64,000 nt of DNA from a bacterium (GTDB lineage Bacteria > Patescibacteriota > Dojkabacteria > JAKAPS01 > JAJZLI01), in assembly GCA_021846685.1 (NCBI GenBank), contig JAJZWL010000005.1, positions 4,722-68,721 of the forward strand. Reading direction: 5' to 3'. Both the position numbers and the translations under genes were made by a program. Positions 47,632 through 57,492 of the stretch are shown here, one piece after another. Position 1 is the stretch's first letter. The number at the start of each line of letters is the position of its first letter. The notes under the pieces were generated by a model that made no database searches, was not told where the DNA came from, and was given only the letters and a program-made list of their open reading frames with translations.

Positions 47632-49293
47632 ATGGCAAAAAAAGTAATATTAAACGAAGAGGCAAGAGCAAAAATTAAAGTAGGTATAGATACACTTGCT
47701 AATTCTGTAAAAATAACATTAGGCCCAAAAGGTCGATTAGTAGCTATTGGAAAGAGTTATGGGTCTCCTCAGGTAACAAAAGATGGTGTTACTGTGGCAA
47801 AAGAAATTGAATTAGAAGATCCAATTGAAAATGTAGGAGCAGCATTGATTAAAGAAGCTGCAGTAAAGACAGCTGATCTTGCGGGAGATGGAACTACTAC
47901 AGCTACAATTTTAGCTCAAGCAATTATTGATGAAGGTGTAAAAAATGTTGCAGCAGGGACTAATCCTATGTCTATTAAAAGAGGAATAGATAAAGCAGTT
48001 GAATTAGTTGTTAAAAATTTAAAAGAACAAGCAAAATCTATTAAATCTACAGAAGAAATCATTCAAGTTGCAACAGTTTCAGCAAATAATGATAATGAAA
48101 TTGGAACTCTTATAGGGCAGGTTATGGAAAAAGTAGGTAAGGATGGAGTTATCACAGTTGAAGAATCTAGAACAATTGAAAATGAAATAGAATTCGTAGA
48201 AGGTATGAATTTTGATAGAGGTTATGTTTCTCCTTATTTTGTTACAGATACAGAAAGGCAAGAAGCTATTTTAGAAGATCCATATATTTTACTTGCTGAT
48301 GTTAAGATATCTGCTATTAAAGAATTATTACCTATTATTGAAAAAATAGTTCAATCGGGTAAAAAAGAGTTTTTGATTATTGCAGAAGACTTAGAAGGCG
48401 AAGCTTTAGCAACTTTAGTAGTTAATAAACTTAGAGGTATCATAAATGTTGCAGCTGTAAAAGCTCCAGGATTTGGAGATAGAAAGAAAGCAATGTTAGA
48501 AGATATAGCTATTCTTACAGGTGGTAATCTAATTTCTGAAGAAATTGGAAGAAAATTAGAAAATACTGAGATAGAAGATTTAGGAAAATGTAGAAGAGTT
48601 GTTATTACAAAAGATGATACTACTATTATAGATGGGGCAGGAACTAAGACTGTTATAGAAGATAGAGTTGCAAATCTAAGAAAACAGATAGAAGAAGTAA
48701 CTTCTGATTATGATAAAGAAAAATTACAAGAAAGAGTTGCTAAATTTGTAGGTGGAGTTGCAGTACTTAAAGTTGGGGCAGCTACAGAAGTAGAATTAAA
48801 AGAGAAAAAAGATAGAATAGAAGATGCATTAGCAGCAACTAGAGCTGCAGTAGAAGAAGGTATTGTCGCAGGAGGAGGAGTTGCCTTGGTAGATGCTAAG
48901 ATTTATTTAAATTCTGCTGAAGGAAAAAAAGGAATTGAGAAATTATCAGTAGATGAAAAAATTGGAGTAGATATCGTTAAAAGAGCATTACAAGCTCCTG
49001 CTATTCAAATAATTGATAATGCTGGAAATCCAGATGTTTCTGGACAAGCTTTAGTTAGTACCTCTGTTGGAAATGGCAAAGGATATAATGTATTTACTGG
49101 CGAGGATCAACTGGACATGATTAAAGCAGGAATTATAGATCCTGTTAAGGTTACTAGGCTTGCAATCGAGAATGCAGCTTCAGTTGCCTCAATGTATCTT
49201 ACAATAGATGCAGTAATTGTAGATCTTCCTCAACCTGAGAGCTCTCCAGCACCAGATATGGGTGGTATGGGAGGAATGGGTGGAATGATGTAA
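47632..49293 (+). CDS. groEL: Chaperonin GroEL.
   Basis: [15 protein letters not shown], the C-terminal [10 protein letters not shown] tail and the characteristic N-terminal [14 protein letters not shown] are all present. Confidence 0.97.
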   Translation: MAKKVILNEEARAKIKVGIDTLANSVKITLGPKGRLVAIGKSYGSPQVTKDGVTVAKEIELEDPIENVGAALIKEAAVKTADLAGDGTTTATILAQAIIDEGVKNVAAGTNPMSIKRGIDKAVELVVKNLKEQAKSIKSTEEIIQVATVSANNDNEIGTLIGQVMEKVGKDGVITVEESRTIENEIEFVEGMNFDRGYVSPYFVTDTERQEAILEDPYILLADVKISAIKELLPIIEKIVQSGKKEFLIIAEDLEGEALATLVVNKLRGIINVAAVKAPGFGDRKKAMLEDIAILTGGNLISEEIGRKLENTEIEDLGKCRRVVITKDDTTIIDGAGTKTVIEDRVANLRKQIEEVTSDYDKEKLQERVAKFVGGVAVLKVGAATEVELKEKKDRIEDALAATRAAVEEGIVAGGGVALVDAKIYLNSAEGKKGIEKLSVDEKIGVDIVKRALQAPAIQIIDNAGNPDVSGQALVSTSVGNGKGYNVFTGEDQLDMIKAGIIDPVKVTRLAIENAASVASMYLTIDAVIVDLPQPESSPAPDMGGMGGMGGMM

Positions 49294-49334
49294 AGGATCT
49301 ATATCTTGAAAAAACTGACCATATTTTATATAAT

Positions 49335-49354
49335 ACTGTCAGGGAACTGACAGT
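49335..49354 (+). terminator. Perfect 8-bp stem-loop (ACTGTCAG-GGAA-CTGACAGT) between groEL and the AAA ATPase gene.
   Basis: The inverted repeat is read directly. No strong U-tract follows, and it ends 3 nt before the ATG at 49358, so it may be regulatory rather than a terminator. Confidence 0.35.
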
Positions 49355-49357
49355 ATT

Positions 49358-50497
49358 ATGAAATATATAGATAGATTACTTTACAACAAAATACCTGAAT
49401 TGATAAAACCCAATAAGGTTCTCATTATATATGGACCAAGAAGAGTTGGTAAGACTTTTATTTTGAATAAATTCTTATCAGAGTATAAATATAAATATCT
49501 CTTTGTTACAGGAGATGATAGGGTTACACGTAGATTACTTGAAAATCAGAATTTAAGTGAAATAAAATCATTTATTGGGAATAATGATCTGTTTGTTATT
49601 GATGAAGCTCAGAAGGTTAAAAATATAGGAGAGATCTTAAAATTAATTGTTGATCAAATCCCCCAAATAAAAGTAATTGCGACAGGATCGTCTTCATTTG
49701 ATTTATCAAATAAAGTAGGAGAGCCTTTGACAGGGAGAAGTATCACTGAAGTATTATACCCAGTAAGTCAGATTGAGTTAAAAAATCAGATTTCATATCT
49801 TGAGACAGTATCATCTTTAGAAGAGAGATTAATTTATGGTTCATATCCAGAAGTAATAACTTTAGATACAATGGATTCTAAAAGATCTTATTTGATAGAA
49901 CTTACAGACTCCTATCTATTAAAAGATTTAATGGATTTAGAAAATACAAAAAGTTCTAATCTATTAATTGATTTATTGATATTAATTGCATTTCAGATAG
50001 GAAAAGAAGTTTCTCTTCAAGAACTAGGAAATCGGTTAAATATTAGTAAAAATACAGTTAGTAGATATTTATTCTTATTAGAAAAGGCTTTCGTAATAAT
50101 TAACATTAGGGGTTATAGTAGTAATCTTAGGAAGGAAGTAACACAAAATTCCAGATATTACTTTTATGACAATGGTATAAGGAATGCTCTAATTAGAAAT
50201 TTTAATCCAATATCACTAAGGGGTGATATTGGACAATTATGGGAAAATTTTCTTTTTATTGAACGTTTAAAAAAACAAGAATATCTTAATATATATTCGA
50301 ATAATTATTTTTGGAGAACATATGATAAAAAAGAAATTGATTTAGTAGAATCAAGAGAAGGAAAATTATTTGGATATGAATTTAAATATTCAAAATCTAC
50401 TATACCAACTGCAACATCAAAAGAATGGTTATCAACATATCCAAATAGTAGTCTAAATGTTGTAACGAAAGAAAACTATCTTGATTTTATAACATAA
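49358..50497 (+). CDS. AAA-family ATPase of the AAA_14/DUF4143 type.
   Basis: Walker A IIYGPRRVGKT. Walker B LFVIDEAQ. The C-terminal region is typical of the DUF4143 ATP-binding protein family. Confidence 0.7.
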   Translation: MKYIDRLLYNKIPELIKPNKVLIIYGPRRVGKTFILNKFLSEYKYKYLFVTGDDRVTRRLLENQNLSEIKSFIGNNDLFVIDEAQKVKNIGEILKLIVDQIPQIKVIATGSSSFDLSNKVGEPLTGRSITEVLYPVSQIELKNQISYLETVSSLEERLIYGSYPEVITLDTMDSKRSYLIELTDSYLLKDLMDLENTKSSNLLIDLLILIAFQIGKEVSLQELGNRLNISKNTVSRYLFLLEKAFVIINIRGYSSNLRKEVTQNSRYYFYDNGIRNALIRNFNPISLRGDIGQLWENFLFIERLKKQEYLNIYSNNYFWRTYDKKEIDLVESREGKLFGYEFKYSKSTIPTATSKEWLSTYPNSSLNVVTKENYLDFIT

Positions 50498-50510
50498 TAT
50501 TTAAATTTTC

Positions 50511-53225
50511 ATGGAGTTAAACGAGATTCAAAAACAAGCAGTATCAAATATATCTTCTCCTGTAATAGTTAAGGCAGGACCAGGAACCGGTAAAACTTTT
50601 TTGATTATAGAAAAGATCAAATATCTTATTTCTAAAGGTTTTATTGAAAATAATATTCTTGCAGTTACATTTTCTAAGAAAGCATCAGAAGAGATAAAAA
50701 ATAGACTTTCAGATACTCTTGGTCTTTTTAGTGAAGTTAATATAGAAACTTTTCACTCATTAGCTGAAAAGATATTAAGAGAGAACTATCAATATTTTAA
50801 TCTTAAAAAAGACTTTATAGTAATGGATAGAATGGAGAGTTTTGTTTTTTTATCAAATCGTATATTTGATTTTGATATTAATCTTTTACGTCCTCTTTCA
50901 AATCCAGATAAGGAAATAGATAAAATTTTAGAATTTTTCTCAAAACTTGAAGATGAATATATATCTCCACAAGAATTTATAGATTTTAAAAATAAGGATG
51001 AATATTCAACAGAATTAGCTTATTTATATAAAGAATTTTTTACATTAAAAATAAAAGAATCTAAATTAGAATTTAATGATCTTATATATCTTTCTTTAAA
51101 ACTGTTTGAAGACAAAAAAATACTTAAAAAATATCAAGATAAATTTAAATATCTCCTTGTAGATGAGTTTCAAGATACAAATTATATACAAAATCAATTT
51201 ATATTAAAATTAGCATCAAATATCACAGTAGTAGGGGATAAGAATCAGTCTATATACAAATTTAGAGGAGCATCTTTGTCAAACTTTAGTTCTTTTTCTA
51301 AAGCTTTTCCTAAAAATGTGGAATATGTATTAAGTGAAAATTACAGATCATATCAGAATATAGTGGATACAGCTTATTTGTTTATGGGGGAAGAATATAC
51401 CTTAAAATCTATTAAGGGGTTAAACAAAGATTCTATCAAAGTACTTAATTTCACTAAAAATATAGAAGAAATTAATTATATAAAGGATCAGATTTTAAAA
51501 CTACATGATGATGGTATAAATTTTTCTGATATTGCTATCCTTTTAAGATCAAATTCATACATCAATGACTTTGCTGAAGTTCTTATAGATTCTAATATCC
51601 CTATTTATTTAAGAGGATCTAGTACTTTTGAGATTTCTTCTGAATTTAAAGATTTGGCATCTGTTGTGTATTTTTCTGAAAATCCAAATGATAATATATC
51701 TTTTTTAAGAATACTTAATATGGAGTGTTTTAGTTTTTCTCAAGAAGAATTTATAGGTTTATCTGAATTTTTAAATACGAAATTTAGAACGAATTCATAT
51801 TATGAGGGATTATCTAAAATTATTGAGGGTAAAGGGGAGAATCTTGAACTAAGAACAGAGAAGATATTAAATTTTTATGCTATTTTGAAAAATCTGACAA
51901 ATCCAGAAGTGGATCTAATTGATAAATTAAATGATTTTTTAGATAAAAGTTTTTATTTTGAATTTTTACATAAAAAGAATGATTCACTGGTAAGACGTTC
52001 TAATTTAGATAAATTTATTGCAATTATAGAAAGACTTTCAGAAAATGGAGTTGAGTTTTTTTCAAAATATATAAGGAATATAAATAAGATCTCATCAATG
52101 GATGATAGTTTAGATCAAGATATAAATTTTGATAGTGTTACTATCTCTACTGTACATTCAGTAAAAGGTATGGAGTTTAAGTATGTATTTATGCCTTATT
52201 TAGTTAAAGATAGATTTCCTTTGAAAAATAGAGGAGGAAATATAGATATCCCTTCTTCGCTATTACATGAGTCTATTCCAGAAGAAGAACAATTCATCGA
52301 GGAAGAAAAAAGATTGTTTTTTGTGGCTTTAACACGCGCAAAAGATATGGTATATTTATCTTTTTCTAATATTTATGATGGAAATAAAAAAACAAAAGAT
52401 AAAAGTATATTTTTAGATATTATTAAAAATAAAATAGAAAAAGTAGAATCAAAAAGTGATATTAAAGTGAATAATATTCCATATTTTCTAATCCCTGATA
52501 ATTCTATTCCAAAAAAATATTCATATTCACAGTTAAATTTATTTAAAACATGTCCTTTACAGTACTATTATGAATATATTCTAAGGATAAAAAAACAACC
52601 TAAATTAGTATTTGAATATGGTAATGTTATACATGATACTTTGAAGCAATATTTTCAACGAGATAGGCAAGCCCAAAATATTGATCTTTTAGAGAATATT
52701 TATAAAATGCGATGGGAGAGAGCGAATCTTTCTGTATTTAGAAATGAAGGGCATATAGAAAGTTATAAGAAGAAAGGATTAGAGTCAATTAAGAATAATA
52801 TAGACCTTATAAAACCAATAGGTCTAAAAAATCTTTATGAGCTAAATGTAGATGTATCTTTAGATGGAAAATATCTTATTAATGGAAGACTAGATAGATT
52901 AGATTTTTTAGAAGATGGAGGTTTGTCAATTGTTGATTATAAAACAGGAAGTTCTACTAGTCAGGACACCAGTTCTTCAAATCTACAATTAGGGTTATAT
53001 TCTATATTAGTAAAAGAAAAATTCCCAAATGATATAAAGAATTTAAAACTTCTTTTTATAGATGAAGGAAAAGAGATAAATATAGATTATCAAAAGATTA
53101 ATATAGAAAAAGTAAAAGAGGAGATAATAGATTTAATAGAAAAGATAAGAGATTTAGAGGTAAAAGCCACACCTTCTTTTGCTTGTAATTACTGTGAATA
53201 TAGAAGTTTATGTTATAAAATGTAA
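50511..53225 (+). CDS. UvrD/PcrA-like superfamily 1 helicase fused to a C-terminal PD-(D/E)xK nuclease with a Cas4/AddB-like Cys cluster.
   Basis: N-terminal AGPGTGKT (Walker A) and VDEFQDTN (motif II). The C-terminus has CPLQYYYEY, RLDRLDF...IVDYKTG (D..D/ExK) and CNYCEYRSLC, consistent with an iron-sulfur RecB-family nuclease domain. Confidence 0.8.
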   Translation: MELNEIQKQAVSNISSPVIVKAGPGTGKTFLIIEKIKYLISKGFIENNILAVTFSKKASEEIKNRLSDTLGLFSEVNIETFHSLAEKILRENYQYFNLKKDFIVMDRMESFVFLSNRIFDFDINLLRPLSNPDKEIDKILEFFSKLEDEYISPQEFIDFKNKDEYSTELAYLYKEFFTLKIKESKLEFNDLIYLSLKLFEDKKILKKYQDKFKYLLVDEFQDTNYIQNQFILKLASNITVVGDKNQSIYKFRGASLSNFSSFSKAFPKNVEYVLSENYRSYQNIVDTAYLFMGEEYTLKSIKGLNKDSIKVLNFTKNIEEINYIKDQILKLHDDGINFSDIAILLRSNSYINDFAEVLIDSNIPIYLRGSSTFEISSEFKDLASVVYFSENPNDNISFLRILNMECFSFSQEEFIGLSEFLNTKFRTNSYYEGLSKIIEGKGENLELRTEKILNFYAILKNLTNPEVDLIDKLNDFLDKSFYFEFLHKKNDSLVRRSNLDKFIAIIERLSENGVEFFSKYIRNINKISSMDDSLDQDINFDSVTISTVHSVKGMEFKYVFMPYLVKDRFPLKNRGGNIDIPSSLLHESIPEEEQFIEEEKRLFFVALTRAKDMVYLSFSNIYDGNKKTKDKSIFLDIIKNKIEKVESKSDIKVNNIPYFLIPDNSIPKKYSYSQLNLFKTCPLQYYYEYILRIKKQPKLVFEYGNVIHDTLKQYFQRDRQAQNIDLLENIYKMRWERANLSVFRNEGHIESYKKKGLESIKNNIDLIKPIGLKNLYELNVDVSLDGKYLINGRLDRLDFLEDGGLSIVDYKTGSSTSQDTSSSNLQLGLYSILVKEKFPNDIKNLKLLFIDEGKEINIDYQKINIEKVKEEIIDLIEKIRDLEVKATPSFACNYCEYRSLCYKM

Positions 53226-53339
53226 GATATATGATATTATTTAGATTATTAAAAAAGTTTTTATTTGCCTTTCTTATTCTCTTATTTGTAGTTCCTTTTG
53301 TTATATCTAATAATCAAAAATCTATTGAAGTTCATGCTG

Positions 53340-53706
53340 CAACTTCATGAAACTATCTAATTAAAGATATAAGTAATTATTATGTGGCTAAGGAGAATGG
53401 ATCTCAATATTCTGGTAATAATTTCAATTATAAATTATAAGACTGGAAAATCACTGTCGTAAGATCCAATATTAAAAAATTTACAACTTTCAATATATGC
53501 AATGGTAGTAAAAGAAAAATTTGGAAAAGAAATTGATTCTTTAAACTTGCAATTTGTTGATGAAGGGGTTAATCTGAGTATGAATATAGAGAAATGAGAT
53601 ATTGATAAAAGTAGAGGAGAACTGATACAATTACTATCTTTGATGGACGAAGGTAAGATAATCGCAAATCCATCATATGTGTGTAATTTTTGTGATTATA
53701 TAAATT
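53340..53706 (+). pseudogene. Decayed partial duplicate of the 3' end of the upstream helicase-nuclease gene.
   Basis: Manual translation gives ..YKTGKSLS*DPILKNLQLSIYAMVVKEKFGKEIDSLNLQFVDEGVNLSMNIEK*DIDKSRGELIQLLSLMDEGKIIANPSYVCNFCDYINY.., which parallels IVDYKTGSS..NLQLGLYSILVKEKFPNDIKNLKLLFIDEGKEINIDYQK..IEKIRDLEVKATPSFACNYCEYRS of the intact gene. It has in-frame stops. Confidence 0.5.
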
Positions 53707-54813
53707 ATGTTACAAAGTATAAAAGGAAAAATATTATTAGGGTTAGCATTAATATCTTATGTGTTTGTTTTTTCAAATATATTCGTAGGTACTCCTGTAT
53801 ATGCAGCTAGTGGTACAATAAATATTTCTTGTGCGCAAATTAACGCAGCTTATAAGAATGCTAAATTTGATGGTCCATTATATAGTACAACTATTAATGG
53901 AGAAAAAATTAATTATGTAAATAATCGTAATGGTCATCCTAGTGGATCTTATCTTAAGCTTGGGTCTATTGATGGTAATGTAAATACTTCAACAAAAAAT
54001 AGCTTTTTAAGTCCAAAATTTATTTGTGTGTTTGGTAATAATGGATCGGGGAATACTTTAACAGTGTCTAGTAGTGCTACTATATATTTGTATCCCACAT
54101 ATGGATCATACAATAATAATTATAATTTTTATGCAATATATCCTAAAAATAATGTTTGCTCTGCTATTGCCAATGCTATTAAAAATAATAAAAAAACCGT
54201 TGATAATAATATACACATAACTAATAATGCATTTAATCTCCCTGCTAATGCTAATAAGATAGGCCAAATAATATATAAGAATGGAAGTGTTGTTGGTGGG
54301 TGTCCTATTGCGCAATCAGACGTTAACAATAGTGCTTTGCAAATTTATATAACACCTGTTAATCAAACAGAACCAGGCAATACCTATGGAGTATATTCTT
54401 CATCTTTAATTATACCACCACCACCTTCTCATGGAGGAGCATATTCAGCGCAAAAAGCATGTGTTGGTAGTGGAATTGGAGTTGGAGCAAGTCGGAATTG
54501 TCAAATTTGTGTAAGAAAAGGAATTAATAGTGGATATAATTATGTATATACAGATTTTGGATGTATAAATACATCTATTTCTGGAGTCATAAATTTTGTA
54601 TATAGATTATTTCTGGTAATAGCATTTATGATTGCACTGGCTGTTATTATATTTGCAGGGTACTTGATTATGGTATCTGGAGGAGATCCAGATCAGCTTA
54701 ATAGAGGAAAGAGTCTTCTTACTAAAGCTATAATAGGGTTACTTGTTATTGTATTTGCATATGTTATGCTTACTACAATAGGAACTATATTTGGAATTAA
54801 ATTTTTAGCATAA
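53707..54813 (+). CDS. Pilin-like paralog 1: signal peptide, a Cys-containing ectodomain of about 270 aa, and a C-terminal VirB2/TrbC-like double-helix module.
   Basis: The signal peptide ends ..GTPVYA-AS. The C-terminus FLVIAFMIALAVIIFAGYLIMVSGGDPDQLNRGKSLLTKAIIGLLVIVFAYVMLTTIGTIFG is the module shared by the six following genes. Confidence 0.6.
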   Translation: MLQSIKGKILLGLALISYVFVFSNIFVGTPVYAASGTINISCAQINAAYKNAKFDGPLYSTTINGEKINYVNNRNGHPSGSYLKLGSIDGNVNTSTKNSFLSPKFICVFGNNGSGNTLTVSSSATIYLYPTYGSYNNNYNFYAIYPKNNVCSAIANAIKNNKKTVDNNIHITNNAFNLPANANKIGQIIYKNGSVVGGCPIAQSDVNNSALQIYITPVNQTEPGNTYGVYSSSLIIPPPPSHGGAYSAQKACVGSGIGVGASRNCQICVRKGINSGYNYVYTDFGCINTSISGVINFVYRLFLVIAFMIALAVIIFAGYLIMVSGGDPDQLNRGKSLLTKAIIGLLVIVFAYVMLTTIGTIFGIKFLA

Positions 54814-54814
54814 A

Positions 54815-55150
54815 ATGAATAATATAAAATTTATAAAACCGATATTAGCTCAATGTACTGGAACTTCTTGTTCAGTATCAATTAATAGTCCTTTTGGTAA
54901 TATATTAAATTCTGGTAGTATATTCTCGTCATTATTTAATCTTTTCTATTTTGTTGTAGGGATAGTATTTATTGTTATTATTATCACATCAGGAATAAGA
55001 ATTATTGTATCTAATGGGAATAGAGAAAGAGTTGCAAAAGCTCAAACCACGTTGACGTATGCAGTAATAGGATTAGTATTGATAGTATTTGCAGGAATAA
55101 TAATTAAAATTTTATCTACTGCATTACCTTTATTTAATGGCCTTATATAA
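54815..55150 (+). CDS. Pilin-like paralog 2, 111 aa.
   Basis: A short N-terminal region followed by the shared module FVVGIVFIVIIITSGIRIIVSNGNRERVAKAQTTLTYAVIGLVLIVFAGIII. It starts 1 nt after the previous stop. Confidence 0.55.
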   Translation: MNNIKFIKPILAQCTGTSCSVSINSPFGNILNSGSIFSSLFNLFYFVVGIVFIVIIITSGIRIIVSNGNRERVAKAQTTLTYAVIGLVLIVFAGIIIKILSTALPLFNGLI

Positions 55151-55624
55151 ATGAAATATATAAAAATAAATTTATTCGCATTATTGATTTTAAGTATATT
55201 ATTTATTTTTTTAAATAATACACATGTATTTGCATCAAGCAATATTATTAAAAATAATACATATGAAAGATCTCAAATAATATATCCACAGACAGCATTA
55301 TTCGTTCCATCCAATGGTGGGGGACCTATTCCTCCTACTACTCTAAATAGCTCAGGTGTACAAAATCCATTAGTTGGTTCTTCCTTAAATAGTCCTTCAG
55401 GGATTGTTCCTTTTATCTTCAGTATAATATTACCAATACTTTATGGTATTGTTGGAGTTATTGTACTCGGTCTATTCTCTTATGCAGGATTTTTACTTAT
55501 GGTTTCTAATGGAGATACTAACAAGGTTGCTAAGGCTAAATCTGTATTGACTGGAGCTATTATAGGTGCTAGTATTATTTTACTAGCATATGTTATAAGT
55601 TTGGTATTAGTGCATACTGTATGA
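55151..55624 (+). CDS. Pilin-like paralog 3, 157 aa.
   Basis: Signal peptide (..THVFA-SSN) and a Pro/Ser-rich linker, then the module GVIVLGLFSYAGFLLMVSNGDTNKVAKAKSVLTGAIIGASIILLAYVISL. Confidence 0.6.
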   Translation: MKYIKINLFALLILSILFIFLNNTHVFASSNIIKNNTYERSQIIYPQTALFVPSNGGGPIPPTTLNSSGVQNPLVGSSLNSPSGIVPFIFSIILPILYGIVGVIVLGLFSYAGFLLMVSNGDTNKVAKAKSVLTGAIIGASIILLAYVISLVLVHTV

Positions 55625-56082
55625 AGATAAGAAGTCTTTTATTTATATTCCTTTTTTTGGCATCTTTTGCTATTTTTTTTCATGTTAATAATTATGCTCA
55701 AGCAACCGGAGCAAGTTCTTGTACAACATTCGGAGGAACACTAGTAAATGGTGTGTGTACTTTTACTCCAAAGACTAATATCCCAACAACTTGTTCTACT
55801 ATTGCAAGTTCAATTGGGAATATAATTGTATTACTATTTTCTGTTGCTGGATTGGCATTTTTTGTAATGTTAATTATAGCTGGAATTAAAATGACTACTG
55901 CAGGAGGGGATAAAGAAAAGATAGCTTCTGCTCAAACAGCTATTATTCATGCCATTTTAGGCATAGTTATTGTAGCTGCATCCTTTTTAATAGTAGAACT
56001 TATTTCTGGCTTATTAGGGGTAGGAGGGACACTTTTTACTGCAAATCCAATAAACTCTAATTGTACTATTAATTCAAAGTAA
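55621..56082 (+). CDS. Pilin-like paralog 4, 153 aa.
   Basis: ATGA overlap with the previous gene. Signal peptide (..NNYAQA), a Cys-containing mature N-terminus, then the module LAFFVMLIIAGIKMTTAGGDKEKIASAQTAIIHAILGIVIVAASFLIVELISGLLGVGG. Confidence 0.6.
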   Translation: MKIRSLLFIFLFLASFAIFFHVNNYAQATGASSCTTFGGTLVNGVCTFTPKTNIPTTCSTIASSIGNIIVLLFSVAGLAFFVMLIIAGIKMTTAGGDKEKIASAQTAIIHAILGIVIVAASFLIVELISGLLGVGGTLFTANPINSNCTINSK

Positions 56083-56088
56083 TTTATT

Positions 56089-56418
56089 ATGAATTTAAAT
56101 CATGCATCAACTCCACATTTATATGAATTAGTAGTTTATTTTGGCAAAATAATAGGTCTTTTGTATGATTTTGTTGCTGTAGTATTATTTATAATATTAA
56201 TCGTAAATGGCTTTAGATATTTATTTAGTGGTGTAAATCCAGAATTAAAGCAAAAGGCAAATAAAGGATTTATGTATGCAGTAATAGGTTTAGTTGTTAT
56301 AGTTTTGGCATATATAATAATAGCCTTTATTGGAAGCTTTGTTTCTAAATCTTTCACTACAGGATTTGTAAGTGGATCTGCATTGCAATTTAATTTACAA
56401 AATGTTGCCTCAAAGTAA
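56089..56418 (+). CDS. Pilin-like paralog 5, 109 aa, with no obvious signal peptide.
   Basis: The module VAVVLFIILIVNGFRYLFSGVNPELKQKANKGFMYAVIGLVVIVLAYIIIAFIGSF sits near the N-terminus, followed by a tail of about 30 aa. Confidence 0.5.
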   Translation: MNLNHASTPHLYELVVYFGKIIGLLYDFVAVVLFIILIVNGFRYLFSGVNPELKQKANKGFMYAVIGLVVIVLAYIIIAFIGSFVSKSFTTGFVSGSALQFNLQNVASK

Positions 56419-56448
56419 AAATCTTGACTAATTAACCCTATAATATAC

Positions 56449-56477
56449 TTGACTAATGCTTGTTTTTAAGGTATTAT
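56449..56477 (+). promoter_or_regulatory. Promoter-like TTGACT-17-TATTAT immediately upstream of pilin-like paralog 6.
   Basis: Read directly. The implied transcription start is within a few nt of the ATG at 56487, which would mean a leaderless or very short leader. Confidence 0.3.
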
Positions 56478-56486
56478 GAGACTATC

Positions 56487-56915
56487 ATGCGATTTAGTAA
56501 ATTTTTTGAAATTGTCTATATATTTATAGCACTATTTGTTTTAGGTGCTAGTCCAATTTTTGCATCTGCTGCGTATATCCCTTATCCTGTTTTGCATTCA
56601 ACTCTATCTACAAATCCTAATGGAGTTATTAATACTCTTTTTAGATTTGGGTTTATAGTCATAGGTTTGATATTTTTTTTAATTATCATAATAGCTGGTA
56701 TAGAATGGATGGTTGGATCTGGAGATGAAAAGAAAAGAGACAGTGCCAAATCTAGGCTGTCAAATGCCTTTATAGGTATTGTTATTGTAGCTGGATCATT
56801 TTTAATTGTTGAAATAGTAGGGTCTTTGTTTGGGATAAGTTCTATCTTTTCTAAGAATTTATTTACAAATAATTGTCCTTCTTCTTCTGTAGGAAGTATC
56901 TGTTTAAATAAATAG
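56487..56915 (+). CDS. Pilin-like paralog 6, about 142 aa from the ATG at 56487.
   Basis: The track ORF starts at a TTG at 56460; the ATG at 56487 (MRFSKFF..PIFA-SAAY signal peptide) is preferred. A TTGACT-17-TATTAT promoter-like sequence at 56449-56477 ends about 9 nt before this ATG. The mature N-terminus YIPYPVLHSTLSTNPNGVI is followed by the module IVIGLIFFLIIIIAGIEWMVGSGDEKKRDSAKSRLSNAFIGIVIVAGSFLIVEIVGSLFG and a two-Cys tail. Confidence 0.6.
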   Translation: MRFSKFFEIVYIFIALFVLGASPIFASAAYIPYPVLHSTLSTNPNGVINTLFRFGFIVIGLIFFLIIIIAGIEWMVGSGDEKKRDSAKSRLSNAFIGIVIVAGSFLIVEIVGSLFGISSIFSKNLFTNNCPSSSVGSICLNK

Positions 56916-56985
56916 TTGCATTCTTGTTAGATTTTATATATATTTTATAGTATAATAACAAGTTATATTAAGGAGGTGAGAATAA

Positions 56986-57420
56986 ATGAAAATAATAAAT
57001 AAGATTTCAGGTTTTATTTTAGCCTTAGGTGCGTTTGCATTATTTACAGTTCCTGTATTTGCTCAATCTTCATATATCCCTGGTGCAATCCAAAGTTCAA
57101 CATTGTCTACAAATCCTAATGGAATAATAACATTAGTAATTAATTTTATTTTTATAATAGTAGGATTAATTTTCTTTGTAATGTTAGTAATTGGAGGAGT
57201 TCAGTGGGTAACTGCTGGAAGTGCTGAGGACAAGAGAACAGAAGCTCAAGGTAGAATAGTAAATGCTATTATAGGAGTTGCAATAGTTGCAGGTTCTTAT
57301 TTGGTAGTTGAGATAGTATCTTCTCTATTAGGAATAGGTGGAATATTTGGTCAAAGTCTATTTTCCACAACAGCTTGTGCTAACGGAGGAACTGTTTGTT
57401 TGAATGGTTCTTTGAAATAA
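56986..57420 (+). CDS. Pilin-like paralog 7, 144 aa.
   Basis: A strong SD AAGGAGGTGAG lies 6 nt upstream. Signal peptide (..VPVFA-QSSY). The mature N-terminus YIPGAIQSSTLSTNPNGII is nearly identical to paralog 6. The module is IVGLIFFVMLVIGGVQWVTAGSAEDKRTEAQGRIVNAIIGVAIVAGSYLVVEIVSSLLGIGG, followed by a two-Cys tail. Confidence 0.65.
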   Translation: MKIINKISGFILALGAFALFTVPVFAQSSYIPGAIQSSTLSTNPNGIITLVINFIFIIVGLIFFVMLVIGGVQWVTAGSAEDKRTEAQGRIVNAIIGVAIVAGSYLVVEIVSSLLGIGGIFGQSLFSTTACANGGTVCLNGSLK

Positions 57421-57452
57421 TTTTGTTTTATAAAAATTTATATATCAAAAGT

Positions 57453-57483
57453 AAAGAAAGGAAGCTTAGTTGCTTCCTTTCTT
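57453..57483. terminator. Bidirectional rho-independent terminator between convergent genes.
   Basis: A perfect 12-bp stem AAGAAAGGAAGC / GCTTCCTTTCTT with a TTAGTT loop, flanked by A/T-rich runs on both sides. It lies between the stop of 56986..57420 (+) and the stop of hsp20 (-). Confidence 0.6.
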
Positions 57484-57492
57484 ATATTTATA

